Shown: one piece after another, positions 1-8,458 of the stretch
How the letters are laid out: each line of letters begins with the position of its first letter
How positions within the stretch are numbered: position 1 is the stretch's first letter
NCBI GenBank assembly: GCA_044236265.1
Contig: JBIIGV010000047.1
Span: 1-20,930, forward strand
Length of the DNA: 20,930 nt
From: Oligoflexales bacterium
GTDB lineage: Bacteria > Bdellovibrionota_B > Oligoflexia > Oligoflexales > RGVZ01
Direction of reading: 5' to 3'
The notes under the pieces: generated by a model
What the model was told of the DNA's origin: nothing
The model's database searches: none
Seen by the model: the letters and a program-made list of their open reading frames with translations, nothing else
Made by a program: the position numbers and the translations under genes

Positions 1-339
1 TTTTATCCTGAAATGGCTGCTCTGAGCGGAATCCGTGTGGAGCGCAAAGAGTATTTGTTGATGACGCTGACCGCTGTGGTCACAGTGACGGCAGTGCATG
101 CGGTTGGGGTTTTGCTTGTCAGTGCCTATCTTGTAATCCCAACGGTGACGGCGCGCTCTGTAAGTAGGCGCCTAGGCCCGATGACGCTAACGACTATCTT
201 TACTGGGGCTATCGGCAGTGCAATCGGTCTCATTATGTCCTATCATTTTGATATACCCACGGGTGCTGCCATGACGCTTGCGCTGGGTGGCTGCTTTCTC
301 GTAGCACTGGGATTGCGTGGACTAGGTTTTTCGAAGTAA
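1..339 (+). CDS. Metal (Zn/Mn/Fe) ABC transporter permease, ABC-3/ZnuB-MntB family, C-terminal part (5' truncated by window)
   Basis: Frame is open from base 1 (FYPEMAALSGI...). Motifs AVHAVGVLLVSAYLVIPTVTAR and GLIMSYHFDIPTGAAM are typical of the ABC-3 permease C-terminus. Confidence 0.9.
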   Translation, partial: FYPEMAALSGIRVERKEYLLMTLTAVVTVTAVHAVGVLLVSAYLVIPTVTARSVSRRLGPMTLTTIFTGAIGSAIGLIMSYHFDIPTGAAMTLALGGCFLVALGLRGLGFSK

Positions 340-417
340 ATCTTCAGCGGACGTCACACAGGGAGTCGGTTGCGCATGGGGCAGATTGCATCAAGTACGG
401 ATCGAAAGTTTGAGGCA

Positions 418-2349
418 ATGAGTCAGTTGACGGAAGGTCCGCAGCGTGCAGGAGCTCACGGGCATGGTCACACCTCTATTTGGTGGTTGGCATTTGGCTC
501 ATTGGGCGTTGTCTACGGAGACATCGGCACATCGGTTCTATACTCTATTAAGGAGTGCTTTGATCCAAAACATGGGATGCCGCTAACGGAAGCAAATGTT
601 CTCGGCGTTTGTAGTTTGATCATATGGGCGATCACATTTGTTGTCTCGATTAACTATATCGTATTTATCATGAGAGCTGACAACAATGGCGAAGGTGGCA
701 CCATGGCCCTCCTTTCGTTGATTACACCGCGGTTTAACCAAAGTGGCACCACCAAGCGGTCAACATCGGTCATTATCATGATGGGTCTTGTTGGCGCTGC
801 CTTATTTGCGGCTGATGGGGCTATCACTCCAGCTATTTCGGTGTTGTCAGCTGTAGAGGGTATCGCCATTGCAGCGCCAGCCCTGTCATCGGGCGTGATC
901 TGGATTACGGTTGCGATATTAGTTGGTCTGTTTCTATTCCAAAGTGGTGGCACTGAAAAGGTCGCCAAGTTTTTTGCGCCTGCGATGCTTATTTGGTTCA
1001 CAGTCATTGGCCTCATGGGCATCCCTCATATTTTAAAGCACCCCGGCATTTTTGCAGCCTTTAACCCAGTTTGGGGCGTCAAACTTATAATGAACAATGG
1101 CTGGCATGGATTCATGATTCTTGGTTCGGTGGTTTTGGTTATCACCGGGGGTGAGGCTCTTTATGCTGACATGGGACACTTTGGTCGCAGTGCGATCCGT
1201 ATGGCATGGTTTCCCATCGTGAAACCAGCTTTGATTTTGAACTATTTGGGCCAAGCGGCTCTCATTTTAGAAAAAGGTACGAGTGTTATCAAAAACCCTT
1301 TTTACGCGATGGTTGAAGGATGGCTTGTTTATCCGTTGGTGTTAATTGCTACGATTGCCACAGTGATTGCATCGCAGGCTTTGATTACTGGAAGTTTCTC
1401 GTTAGCTCAGCAGGCGATTCAGCTTGGATTCTCTCCACGATTGACAATTAAGCATACGTCGGGAGAGACCAAAGGTCAGATCTATGTGCCCGAGGTTAAT
1501 CATCTCTTGATGGTGGTCTGTATTCTCTTGGTGTTTATGTTCCAATCGTCGTCGGCATTGGCTGGTGCCTATGGAATTTCGGTGATGGGTACGATGATTA
1601 TCACGTCGTCTTTGATGTTTCTCGTAGCGAGGCGTCGCTGGGACTGGTCGCTTTGGCAGGCTATATTACTCGTGATATTTTTCTTAGTAGTTGAGATTCC
1701 GTTTTTCTTGGCTAATTTGCCTAAAATTGCTCATGGTGGATGGTTTCCCATTGTCATGTGTCTAATTGTATTTACGGCTATGACCACATGGAAGAAGGGG
1801 CGATCTGCGTTAGCTAAGCGTCTGCAAGCCAAGTTTTATCCTATTAAGGATTTTGTGAAACGACTGGGTGAGGGGGATATTGAAGTTAAAAGGGTCAAGG
1901 GTACAGCGGTGTTTATGACGCCAAACCCGCGTATGACCCCACCGGCTCTCCTTCATCATGTTGAGCACAATCAGGTACTGCATGAGCAAGTGATACTCCT
2001 GGCAATCGTTACCGCAGATGTTCCTGTGGTTCCTACAAAAGACATCCTCGAGGTTCATTCCTTCGGAGAAGGCATTTACGAGTTGATCGCTCATTACGGA
2101 TTTATGCAAACGCCAAAGGTCGGGCGTATTCTCCGTATTGCTAAGGCCCAGTATGGGATAGTGACTGATGAGCGCGATACAACCTACTACCTTGGGCGCG
2201 ACATTCTTCTAACGGATGGCCCGGATAAAATGTGGAAATGGCGTAAAACATTATTTGCATTCCTTTCTCGAAATTCTGTCTCAGCGACCGCATACTTTGG
2301 AATTCCTGCGAACCGTGTCGTTGAGCTTGGCATGCAAGTCAACCTCTAG
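418..2349 (+). CDS. kup: KUP/HAK/KT family potassium uptake transporter
   Basis: Motifs LGVVYGDIGTSVLY, MRADNNGEGG, DGAITPAISVLSAVEG, TGGEALYADMGHFG, GQIYVP and C-terminal RVVELGMQV. Start placed at ATG 418 (preceded by GAGG); 370 or 376 are possible. Confidence 0.97.
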   Translation: MSQLTEGPQRAGAHGHGHTSIWWLAFGSLGVVYGDIGTSVLYSIKECFDPKHGMPLTEANVLGVCSLIIWAITFVVSINYIVFIMRADNNGEGGTMALLSLITPRFNQSGTTKRSTSVIIMMGLVGAALFAADGAITPAISVLSAVEGIAIAAPALSSGVIWITVAILVGLFLFQSGGTEKVAKFFAPAMLIWFTVIGLMGIPHILKHPGIFAAFNPVWGVKLIMNNGWHGFMILGSVVLVITGGEALYADMGHFGRSAIRMAWFPIVKPALILNYLGQAALILEKGTSVIKNPFYAMVEGWLVYPLVLIATIATVIASQALITGSFSLAQQAIQLGFSPRLTIKHTSGETKGQIYVPEVNHLLMVVCILLVFMFQSSSALAGAYGISVMGTMIITSSLMFLVARRRWDWSLWQAILLVIFFLVVEIPFFLANLPKIAHGGWFPIVMCLIVFTAMTTWKKGRSALAKRLQAKFYPIKDFVKRLGEGDIEVKRVKGTAVFMTPNPRMTPPALLHHVEHNQVLHEQVILLAIVTADVPVVPTKDILEVHSFGEGIYELIAHYGFMQTPKVGRILRIAKAQYGIVTDERDTTYYLGRDILLTDGPDKMWKWRKTLFAFLSRNSVSATAYFGIPANRVVELGMQVNL

Positions 2350-2375
2350 TGTTTTTAGAGGAGAGAGGATCTGGG

Positions 2376-2756
2376 ATGAGAGAAATTATAACGTTTAAAA
2401 GTCTTCCTGCACCGCGGTTCAGATATAGCCCTTGTGTTAAGACAGGTCCTTTTTACGAGTTTGCTGGCATGATCGGTCTTGATTTAGGTGGCCGACTTCA
2501 CAACGGCGGCGTGTCGGGAGAAACAAGGCAAATTCTTGAAAACATCGTAAATGCCAGTCATGAAATTGGTTTATCTCTTCAAAATTTAGTATCTGCGACA
2601 ATTTACACGACCAAGTTTGAAGAATTTCCGGCAATCAACAAGGTGTGGGAGGAGTTTTTCCATGAGGGGACGCCCCCACCAGCCCGTACATCTATCGGAG
2701 TCGCCGCCTTACCACTTGGAGCGACGGTTGAAATCTCGTTTCGCTTTTATAAATAA
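2376..2756 (+). CDS. Rid (RidA/YjgF/UK114) family enamine/imine deaminase
   Basis: YSPCVK...FPAINKVWEEFF...PPARTSIGVAALPLGATVEI, with the conserved catalytic Arg and C-terminal Glu. ATG 2376 follows GAGGAGAGAGGA. Confidence 0.92.
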   Translation: MREIITFKSLPAPRFRYSPCVKTGPFYEFAGMIGLDLGGRLHNGGVSGETRQILENIVNASHEIGLSLQNLVSATIYTTKFEEFPAINKVWEEFFHEGTPPPARTSIGVAALPLGATVEISFRFYK

Positions 2757-2845
2757 ATGACTCACATACTCGCTTAAAACCCTGATTCCCTATACCGTTC
2801 AGGCGTAAATTGCTGATTTGTCAAAATCACCTTAAAATTCCTGAA

Positions 2846-2873
2846 TAATGTTCTTAATCTTTCTGTCCGATCA
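2846..2873 (+). promoter_or_regulatory. Possible sigma28 (FliA)-type promoter of the cyclase gene
   Basis: TAATGTTC-N12-TCCGATCA versus consensus TAAAGTTT-N11-GCCGATAA; ends about 20 nt before ATG 2893. Spacer is one base too long. Confidence 0.3.
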
Positions 2874-2892
2874 CACTCAGGACGGGGGTGTC

Positions 2893-4167
2893 ATGTTTAT
2901 TTGGCAGGAAGAGCCGCCTGGCTTTAACGAACGTGAACATATTCAAGATTACAACCAAGCCATGGGTCGCTATCATCAGACCGCATCGCTTTTGGGGTTA
3001 TTGGTCTACGATTTTTTCGCCATGGGCGACTACTTTGAAACTCCTGCATTGTTTGTTCATAACACTATTGTGCGTTTGGCAGTGGTCACCCCTGCGGTGT
3101 TGTTAATTGTTTGGATGATGAACGCTCAGCGTTTTGTTCGACATCGACGATACCTCGTACTTATGGGCGCTTTACTTCTTAGCATGTCAGTCGTGTATTT
3201 TGAGTGGAACAAAAATCCGGAGATGCTGCCTCGGAACCCAATAGGTCTCGTATTTGTCATCATGTTTGGCCTAAGTGCTATGCGCATGATGCGTCGAGAG
3301 GCGTTGATTTACGCTTTATCGATTAATTTTGCCGTATTGGTTCTTCTGACTGAGGCCAATGCGCCCGCAGAATCGTGGTTTTCCTATCTTTTTGTAACAG
3401 TGATGGCTTCGCTTCTTGGCCTTGGTGTGGCGACATTGGTTGAGAATGCGTCGCGTCAAAATTTTGCACAAAAAAAGGTGATTGAGCTCAGGGAGGCGCA
3501 GGCAGCGCAACTGCTTGAGATGGTCTTTCCAGTTGCGATTGCAGAACGACTGAAGGCTGAAAAGAACTCTATAGCGGAGTATTCTGGTCACGTTTCGGTA
3601 TTATTTGCAGACATCGAAGGGTTCACAAAAATTTCTGAAAGTTTGAGTCCCGCATCCTTGGTTGCAGATCTGGATGCCATCTTTTCCCGGATTGATCATC
3701 TATGCTCCCTTTGTGGCTGTGAAAAAATAAAAACTGTTGGTGATTCCTATCTTGCGGTCAGTGGTGTTCCGGTTGCTGCAGAAGACCATGCCGCCCGAGT
3801 CTTACGGCTGGCGTTGGCGCTGCGCGCTGAGTCAGAAAATTTATCGTTAGGTGGCCACCCCATAAAATTTAGGATTGGTATCCACTCGGGGCCAGTTGTG
3901 GCCGGTGTCATTGGAAAATCACGTTTTTCCTATGATCTGTGGGGTGATACGGTAAATACAGCCAGTCGCCTCGAGTCCACGGCCCCATCAGCATCGATTC
4001 AGATCAGTGATGAAACGGCAAAGCTTGTCGCCGATCAATTTGCAATTGTGCCTCGAGGCGAGGTTGATCTAAAGGGCAAAGGTAGTCGTAAGACGTGGCT
4101 TGTCCTGGGTACAAAAGACGAGAAAATGAACATACGAAATGACGATAGCGAAAAACTAGCGTCTTGA
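2893..4167 (+). CDS. Membrane-bound class III adenylate cyclase (about 6 TM helices plus cyclase homology domain)
   Basis: LFADIEGFT, EKIKTVGDSYL, FRIGIHSGPVVAGVIG, YDLWGDTVNTASRLES. The Lys (KIKT) and Asp (YDLW) pair indicates ATP specificity. Six hydrophobic segments lie N-terminal. ATG 2893 follows GGGGGTG. Confidence 0.93.
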   Translation: MFIWQEEPPGFNEREHIQDYNQAMGRYHQTASLLGLLVYDFFAMGDYFETPALFVHNTIVRLAVVTPAVLLIVWMMNAQRFVRHRRYLVLMGALLLSMSVVYFEWNKNPEMLPRNPIGLVFVIMFGLSAMRMMRREALIYALSINFAVLVLLTEANAPAESWFSYLFVTVMASLLGLGVATLVENASRQNFAQKKVIELREAQAAQLLEMVFPVAIAERLKAEKNSIAEYSGHVSVLFADIEGFTKISESLSPASLVADLDAIFSRIDHLCSLCGCEKIKTVGDSYLAVSGVPVAAEDHAARVLRLALALRAESENLSLGGHPIKFRIGIHSGPVVAGVIGKSRFSYDLWGDTVNTASRLESTAPSASIQISDETAKLVADQFAIVPRGEVDLKGKGSRKTWLVLGTKDEKMNIRNDDSEKLAS

Positions 4168-4168
4168 A

Positions 4169-4855
4169 TCAGCGAGGACAGGCTTCAGTGCTTGCCTGTA
4201 GCCCAAATTGTCCATCGAAGTTGTCAATGTTAACATTGATCATACGTTGATTGCTGCTGCGTGTGCCAGCCAAAGATAGTTGAATGTAGTAACCGAGCTC
4301 TGCGGGTTTGCTCGCAGTTAGCCTACAAATTCTTGATTTCTGAGCCTTCGATAAGCTTGAGGATTTTGTCATCTCAAACAAGGGTTCATTGATAGCTTCC
4401 TGATAACGAAAATTCCTGAAAAGATGCATTACAGGACCAATAGGGCTGATGCCTTGAAGCCAACGGCTGGACGTGTAAGGGCGCTGATGAATGGCGCTGA
4501 CAACATCGATGTAACCAGAAACGCCGGTGTCTTTCATGATACCGCCAAGAATGGTCGATTGGCTTGACGAGACCGTGTAGCCTTGCGGCACTTTAAGATT
4601 TAGAAAAATATAACAGGTACCCCATTGGGAGCGTACTTTGGGAAGCTGGCCTGTGAGCATATCGATACCGAGTCCGGTCATAGTAAGAGCCATATCTGTG
4701 CCAGCACTCGTTAATGCGAAAGACGTATTGTCACAGCGTACCCCGTTGCCTCGACTTTGAGCCCCAACAAATTGCCAGCTGAGTTCGTTAGCAAAGGAAT
4801 ATTGCCCGAGGAAGGTGACGGTCGTTAGGATAAGGATTTTCGCTAGCTTAATCAT
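4169..4855 (-). CDS. Secreted protein, DUF4360-like
   Basis: Signal peptide MIKLAKILILTTVTFLGQYSFA. Pattern G-N-G..C...TC-x-I-x-L-N-L-K-V-P-Q-G-Y resembles DUF4360. Start 4855 has an AGAGGAG RBS and lies downstream of a sigma54-like promoter. Confidence 0.65.
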   Translation of the reverse strand: MIKLAKILILTTVTFLGQYSFANELSWQFVGAQSRGNGVRCDNTSFALTSAGTDMALTMTGLGIDMLTGQLPKVRSQWGTCYIFLNLKVPQGYTVSSSQSTILGGIMKDTGVSGYIDVVSAIHQRPYTSSRWLQGISPIGPVMHLFRNFRYQEAINEPLFEMTKSSSLSKAQKSRICRLTASKPAELGYYIQLSLAGTRSSNQRMINVNIDNFDGQFGLQASTEACPR

Positions 4856-4883
4856 GACTGGCTCCTCTGCTTGCGATGAAGTG

Positions 4884-4899
4884 AGCAAGTTCCATGCCG
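4884..4899 (-). promoter_or_regulatory. Sigma54 -24/-12 promoter for the DUF4360-like gene
   Basis: Minus strand CGGCATGGAACTTGCT versus TGGCACG-N4-TTGCW, exact spacing, about 30 nt upstream of ATG 4855. Confidence 0.7.
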
Positions 4900-4949
4900 C
4901 CATTTAGTCTTATCATTATAGATAGTTATATATTGATTTCGAGGTGTAT

Positions 4950-4969
4950 CTCTTGACAGTGTTCAAGAG
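4950..4969. promoter_or_regulatory. Palindrome; candidate activator/enhancer or operator site
   Basis: CTCTTGA-cagtgt-TCAAGAG with perfect 7-bp arms, in the divergent intergenic region between two sigma54-like promoters. Confidence 0.4.
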
Positions 4970-5146
4970 TTAACGCCCACTCGGGGCGGGAGGATCTTTG
5001 CTTAGTCTCCTGCGAAGCCATATGCGTTAAATCAAGCAACTTTTGCTGCACCAACCAGACTCATCAGTCGTGGTCCCATCAGGTCAGATTGTCTAATGGC
5101 TCGTGTTATTGCCGAGGTACAGCACTTATCCGCGGGAAAACGGTGA

Positions 5147-5162
5147 TGGCATCGGCATTGCA
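5147..5162 (+). promoter_or_regulatory. Sigma54 -24/-12 promoter for the ElaB/YqjD-like cluster
   Basis: TGGCATCGGCATTGCA versus TGGCACG-N4-TTGCW, exact spacing, 50 nt upstream of ATG 5212. Confidence 0.7.
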
Positions 5163-5211
5163 ACTGTCTCTGCGCATTTGCGCGATTAACTTAAAAAACA
5201 GGAGAATAGCT

Positions 5212-5562
5212 ATGGCAACATCAACGCACATTCAAAAGCAATTTGAAGCTTTGCATCGGGACGCAGAGAAAGTTTTAGCTTCGATCAATAATCTATCAAG
5301 TGAAATATCAAGCGAAATCAAATCAGCTGCAGATCCTGGTGCTGCTCTAGATTTATCAGCGTTGAAGTTTGATTTGAACTCAGTGAAAAAGCGTATTGAG
5401 GAGACAGGACATGTGATTGCTGGTCGTGCCAAGGATCTCGACAGCCAGGTTCACAGTCATCCATATGGCTATATTGCAGGTGCTCTCGGTGTTGGTGCTC
5501 TTGCAGCTTGGATGCTCGAGCGGAGAATGCTGCACTCCCCAACTCACACTGCTAGGTCTTAA
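5212..5562 (+). CDS. ElaB/YqjD/DUF883-like tail-anchored membrane protein
   Basis: Helical N-terminus, then AKDLDSQVHSHPYGYIAGALGVGALAAWMLERR, the typical D..V...P-aromatic plus Gly-rich TM plus RR tail. AGGAGA RBS before ATG 5212. Confidence 0.8.
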   Translation: MATSTHIQKQFEALHRDAEKVLASINNLSSEISSEIKSAADPGAALDLSALKFDLNSVKKRIEETGHVIAGRAKDLDSQVHSHPYGYIAGALGVGALAAWMLERRMLHSPTHTARS

Positions 5563-5565
5563 GAT

Positions 5566-5973
5566 ATGGTCCAGCCGTTGCAGGCAGTCGAGATCCATTC
5601 CTTGCATCAGCAAATGCGGGATATAGCTACCGGTATTCATCACTTGGGAGAAGATCTGAGGAATGCTGGTGCAGACGTATCAAAGGCTGACATGGCAAGG
5701 GGGATGGAGCAGCTTCAGATTGATCTGATCCGGCTAAAATCAGCTCTCAGACATCTGAAAGACATTTCATTATCACCATCCAAAAAAAAAGATGATGGCC
5801 AATTGCTGCCATCTTTATTAGGCGGGATGGCGATGGGGGTTCTGCTCGGAAAGTTTCTGGGCAGCAAGTTGCAGATGGACTTGCTGCCCTTTTTGGTCGG
5901 AATGGACCTAGTTCTGGGTCCAGAGCAATTAAAATCCCGAAAGTCGCAGGACGATTCCGTCGCAATGTCTTGA
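5566..5973 (+). CDS. Hypothetical protein, coiled coil plus Gly-rich TM segment (possibly a second DUF883-like protein)
   Basis: Starts 3 nt after the upstream stop. Helical N-terminus and LLGGMAMGVLLGKFLG segment. Confidence 0.6.
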   Translation: MVQPLQAVEIHSLHQQMRDIATGIHHLGEDLRNAGADVSKADMARGMEQLQIDLIRLKSALRHLKDISLSPSKKKDDGQLLPSLLGGMAMGVLLGKFLGSKLQMDLLPFLVGMDLVLGPEQLKSRKSQDDSVAMS

Positions 5974-6179
5974 TAAATATCGCACTGATGCTGATGACGT
6001 TTTTTTCCTTTAGCTTTTTGCTGATGTCCATCGTACTTTGGTTAAGTCGACGTTTTGACATCGATGAAAGTGCATTTATTGTGTCTTTTGGATTGGCTGT
6101 TTTAGCTTTTGTTTGGAAAAAGTTAGCCACAGGTTTCGATCGTAAAAATCGATTTGAGCCGAATCTAAAATATCGGTGA
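5970..6179 (+). CDS. Small 2-TM membrane protein (possibly YqjE/phage-holin-like by context)
   Basis: TTG start overlaps the upstream TGA (TTGA). Two hydrophobic helices and a basic tail; follows DUF883-like genes as yqjE follows yqjD. Confidence 0.5.
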   Translation: MINIALMLMTFFSFSFLLMSIVLWLSRRFDIDESAFIVSFGLAVLAFVWKKLATGFDRKNRFEPNLKYR

Positions 6180-7601
6180 TAGAATTCGACAGGCATTCTC
6201 GGCCAGTTTTGTATGAATGGGTCGTGAGCGGTGGGCATCCAGGTCAATGCGCTGAGACATGGAAAGATCTTTCATGAAGAAGTCTTTGGCCTGGATGGCG
6301 GTCCCTGGTCCAAATATCAACAAATTCAGTTCAAAATTCAGTCTAAAGCTACGAATATCCATATTGGCCGAGCCTAAAAAGGTCATCTTCTCATCGATAA
6401 TCATCATTTTTGCATGCAGCACGCGTGGGATGTACTCATAGATCTGAACGCCACAGCTAAGTAAATCTTCATAAAAGGATCTTGAGGCTCTCTGAACCAT
6501 GGGAGCGTCATTTTTCTGGGGCAAAATTATTTGTACTTTAATGCCCTGCATCGCAGCTACCTGAAGTGCGGTATTGATAGCAGGGTCTGGGATAAAGTAT
6601 GGCGTTGTCAGTAATATTTCTTTCTTTGCTTGATTAATAGCAGAGAAAATTGCTTGGTAAATTGATTTGAACTCAGTGTCCGGGCCACTTTCTAAAACCT
6701 GAATCACGGCATCCCCAGTGTTTCCAGAGATGGGAGATGTGGAAACGGGAAGCTCCTCTTCGGTTGTGAAGTGCCAGTCTCCGCAAAAAACATCTTGGAG
6801 TTGACGTGTCACGGGGCCTTCGACTTTAACTGTGTAGTCTAGCCATTGTGTTGGCGAAAGACTTCCAAGATACTCTTTGCCGATATTAGTCCCTCCAGTG
6901 AACGCAATATTATCGTCAACAAGAAGGATTTTACGGTGATTGCGAAAATTCACATTAAATCGGAGCGAGAAAAATCGGAAAGGGTGAAATCCAGCGACTT
7001 TGGCTCCCTTTTTTACAAGCTTGATGAACGTTCGTTTTTTGAGGAAGAGGGAGCCGAGTGCGTCATACATAATGCGAACTCTGACGCCCCGGTCCAGAGC
7101 CGCTTCCAATGAGGAGAATAGCTGATCGGTTACTTCGTCAGAGTTGATGATGTAGTATTCCAGGTGGACAAAGGTATTGGCCTGATCGATAGCTGATTTC
7201 ATTTCCCGAAGTGCGACCTCAGGGTCGTCAATAATCTCGACTTTGTTGTTTTGTGTTGGAAGATAGTGCGAGGCTTTGCCGGCTATCTTTACGACAGCAG
7301 TTTCCTGTGGGTAAAGCGCGTTCAGGGTTTCCACGGCCTCTGATGTGAGTTTGGATGTGTCCACTTCATGTCCGCCCAGAGCGGCGCTAATTTCTGCAGA
7401 GCGCTTTTGAGCGGTTCGTGCCAAGCGTTGGCGTCCAAATGTGAGATAAAGTAGCGGACCTACATAGGGGAAGACGTTGACTGTGAATAGCCATGAAATG
7501 GTACTTGCAGGCTCCCGACGCTCAAGCAGAATTCTCGCAGTGAACCAACTGGATGTCAGAATCCAGGCGATTAAATAAAAAAGAGATTGATTTGGTGTCA
7601 T
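6165..7601 (-). CDS. cls: Cardiolipin synthase (ClsA type, phospholipase D superfamily)
   Basis: N-terminal TM/PLDc_N segment (RREPASTISWL...PYVGPLLYLTFG), two HKD motifs (RNHRKILLVD; LHAKMMIID), plus GSANMDIRSFRLNFE and TPYFIPD. Confidence 0.96.
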   Translation of the reverse strand: MTPNQSLFYLIAWILTSSWFTARILLERREPASTISWLFTVNVFPYVGPLLYLTFGRQRLARTAQKRSAEISAALGGHEVDTSKLTSEAVETLNALYPQETAVVKIAGKASHYLPTQNNKVEIIDDPEVALREMKSAIDQANTFVHLEYYIINSDEVTDQLFSSLEAALDRGVRVRIMYDALGSLFLKKRTFIKLVKKGAKVAGFHPFRFFSLRFNVNFRNHRKILLVDDNIAFTGGTNIGKEYLGSLSPTQWLDYTVKVEGPVTRQLQDVFCGDWHFTTEEELPVSTSPISGNTGDAVIQVLESGPDTEFKSIYQAIFSAINQAKKEILLTTPYFIPDPAINTALQVAAMQGIKVQIILPQKNDAPMVQRASRSFYEDLLSCGVQIYEYIPRVLHAKMMIIDEKMTFLGSANMDIRSFRLNFELNLLIFGPGTAIQAKDFFMKDLSMSQRIDLDAHRSRPIHTKLAENACRILSPIF

Positions 7602-7645
7602 GATTTAACGCACTGATTTGAGTTAAGAGGGATTCGAGGTTTTTT

Positions 7646-7680
7646 AAAAAAACACCCGCAGAATCTTAACTGCGGGTGTT
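7646..7680 (-). terminator. Rho-independent terminator of the Cys-repeat lipoprotein gene
   Basis: AACACCCGCAG (7651-7661) / CTGCGGGTGTT (7670-7680) perfect inverted repeat with an A-tract on its left (U-tract on the minus strand), 23 nt after the stop at 7704. Confidence 0.85.
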
Positions 7681-7703
7681 CTCGATTTCTACTTAAAATG
7701 TCT

Positions 7704-8285
7704 TCACTCGCGAACACATTTGCCAGAGGCACCGTAGACTCCGGGAGGTGTCTTACAGGTTAGTCCATCCTGGCAGGCCTTAGGCGGGTTGATGCTGTAG
7801 TTGCACTCAGCGCCGACACCTCCACCGATCTTTTGACATTTGCCCGGCGCTCCTGCAATGCCCGGAGGCGTAACGCAGTCAAGACCGCGCTTACAAGCTT
7901 TCGGTGGGTAGATGCTGTAATTACATTCGCCACCTTCTTTTGCTCCAAGATCCTGACACTTGCCAGGGGCTCCTGCAACGCCTGGAGGGGTAACGCAGGT
8001 TAATCCTTCCTGACACTCCTTTGCAGGATAAATAGAGTAGTTGCACTCTTCGCCGATGTCACCGCCCTCTGCCACGCAGACACCAGGAGCACCGTAGACG
8101 CCTTCAGGTGTCACGCACTTCAGACCGTCTTTGCATGCTTTAGGTGGGTAGATACTGTAATTGCACTCATCTCCCTTTTCACCAGCTTCGGCAGATGAGT
8201 CTTTTAGCGTTGCAGCTTTGTTTGTTGTCTTACATGCTCCAAATAGAGTACTTCCGGCAATCATCACACTGAGGATGAGGCGCAT
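7704..8285 (-). CDS. Lipoprotein made of four 40-aa cysteine-rich repeats
   Basis: Lipobox LFGA-C; four copies of G-x-E-C-N-Y-S-I-x-P-x-K-x-C-x-x-G-L-x-C-x-T-P-x-G-x-x-G-A-x-G-x-C; AGGAGA RBS. Confidence 0.88.
   Translation of the reverse strand: MRLILSVMIAGSTLFGACKTTNKAATLKDSSAEAGEKGDECNYSIYPPKACKDGLKCVTPEGVYGAPGVCVAEGGDIGEECNYSIYPAKECQEGLTCVTPPGVAGAPGKCQDLGAKEGGECNYSIYPPKACKRGLDCVTPPGIAGAPGKCQKIGGGVGAECNYSINPPKACQDGLTCKTPPGVYGASGKCVRE
7716..8180 (-). repeat. Intragenic tandem repeat, 4 x 120 bp (diverged)
   Basis: ttgcactc/ttacattc anchors recur at 7801, 7921, 8041 and 8161, an exact 120-bp period. Confidence 0.92.
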
Positions 8286-8458
8286 ATTTTTATCTCCTGG
8301 AAATTAAAATGATCGACTATTGATTCAATTTTACTTTCGCGATTTAGCTAATTCCAGCGCGTCAAAAACATGGCGACCCTGGTGTAATATTGCTTGTTTT
8401 TCTTGCTGTCTGGGTAAATTTTTCCTGGCGGTATTTTCAATCTCGATTAGATCCTGTG

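Noticed and set aside
340..417. c-di-AMP (ydaO) or other riboswitch upstream of kup
   Set aside because: The gap is under 80 nt and no riboswitch core motifs were seen.
445..545. His-rich AHGHGH N-terminus and GDIGTSVLY (instead of the usual SPLY) in Kup as a sign of altered metal specificity, given the upstream metal permease
   Set aside because: Short His-rich N-termini and single substitutions are within normal Kup variation; the key acidic residues are retained.
2773..2846. Imperfect direct repeat CTTAAAA..CCTGA (2773, 2831) and IHF-like match at 2806-2818
   Set aside because: Short, AT-rich matches with no associated sigma54 promoter; not distinguishable from chance by eye.
5097..5113. 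Additional sigma54-like TGGCTC...TTGCC
   Set aside because: The GG-GC spacing is one base too long; sigma54 spacing is strict.
5782..5790. A9 run as a programmed frameshift or phase-variation site fusing 5566-5973 to the downstream membrane ORF
   Set aside because: The frame of the downstream ORF has TGA at 5793, immediately after the run, so slippage gives termination rather than fusion. The TTGA overlap at 5970 already explains the downstream start.
7716..8180. 120-bp repeats as a CRISPR array or diversity-generating retroelement template/variable repeat
   Set aside because: The repeats are in-frame coding units without unique spacers, the differences are not restricted to adenines, and no cas or reverse transcriptase gene is in the window.
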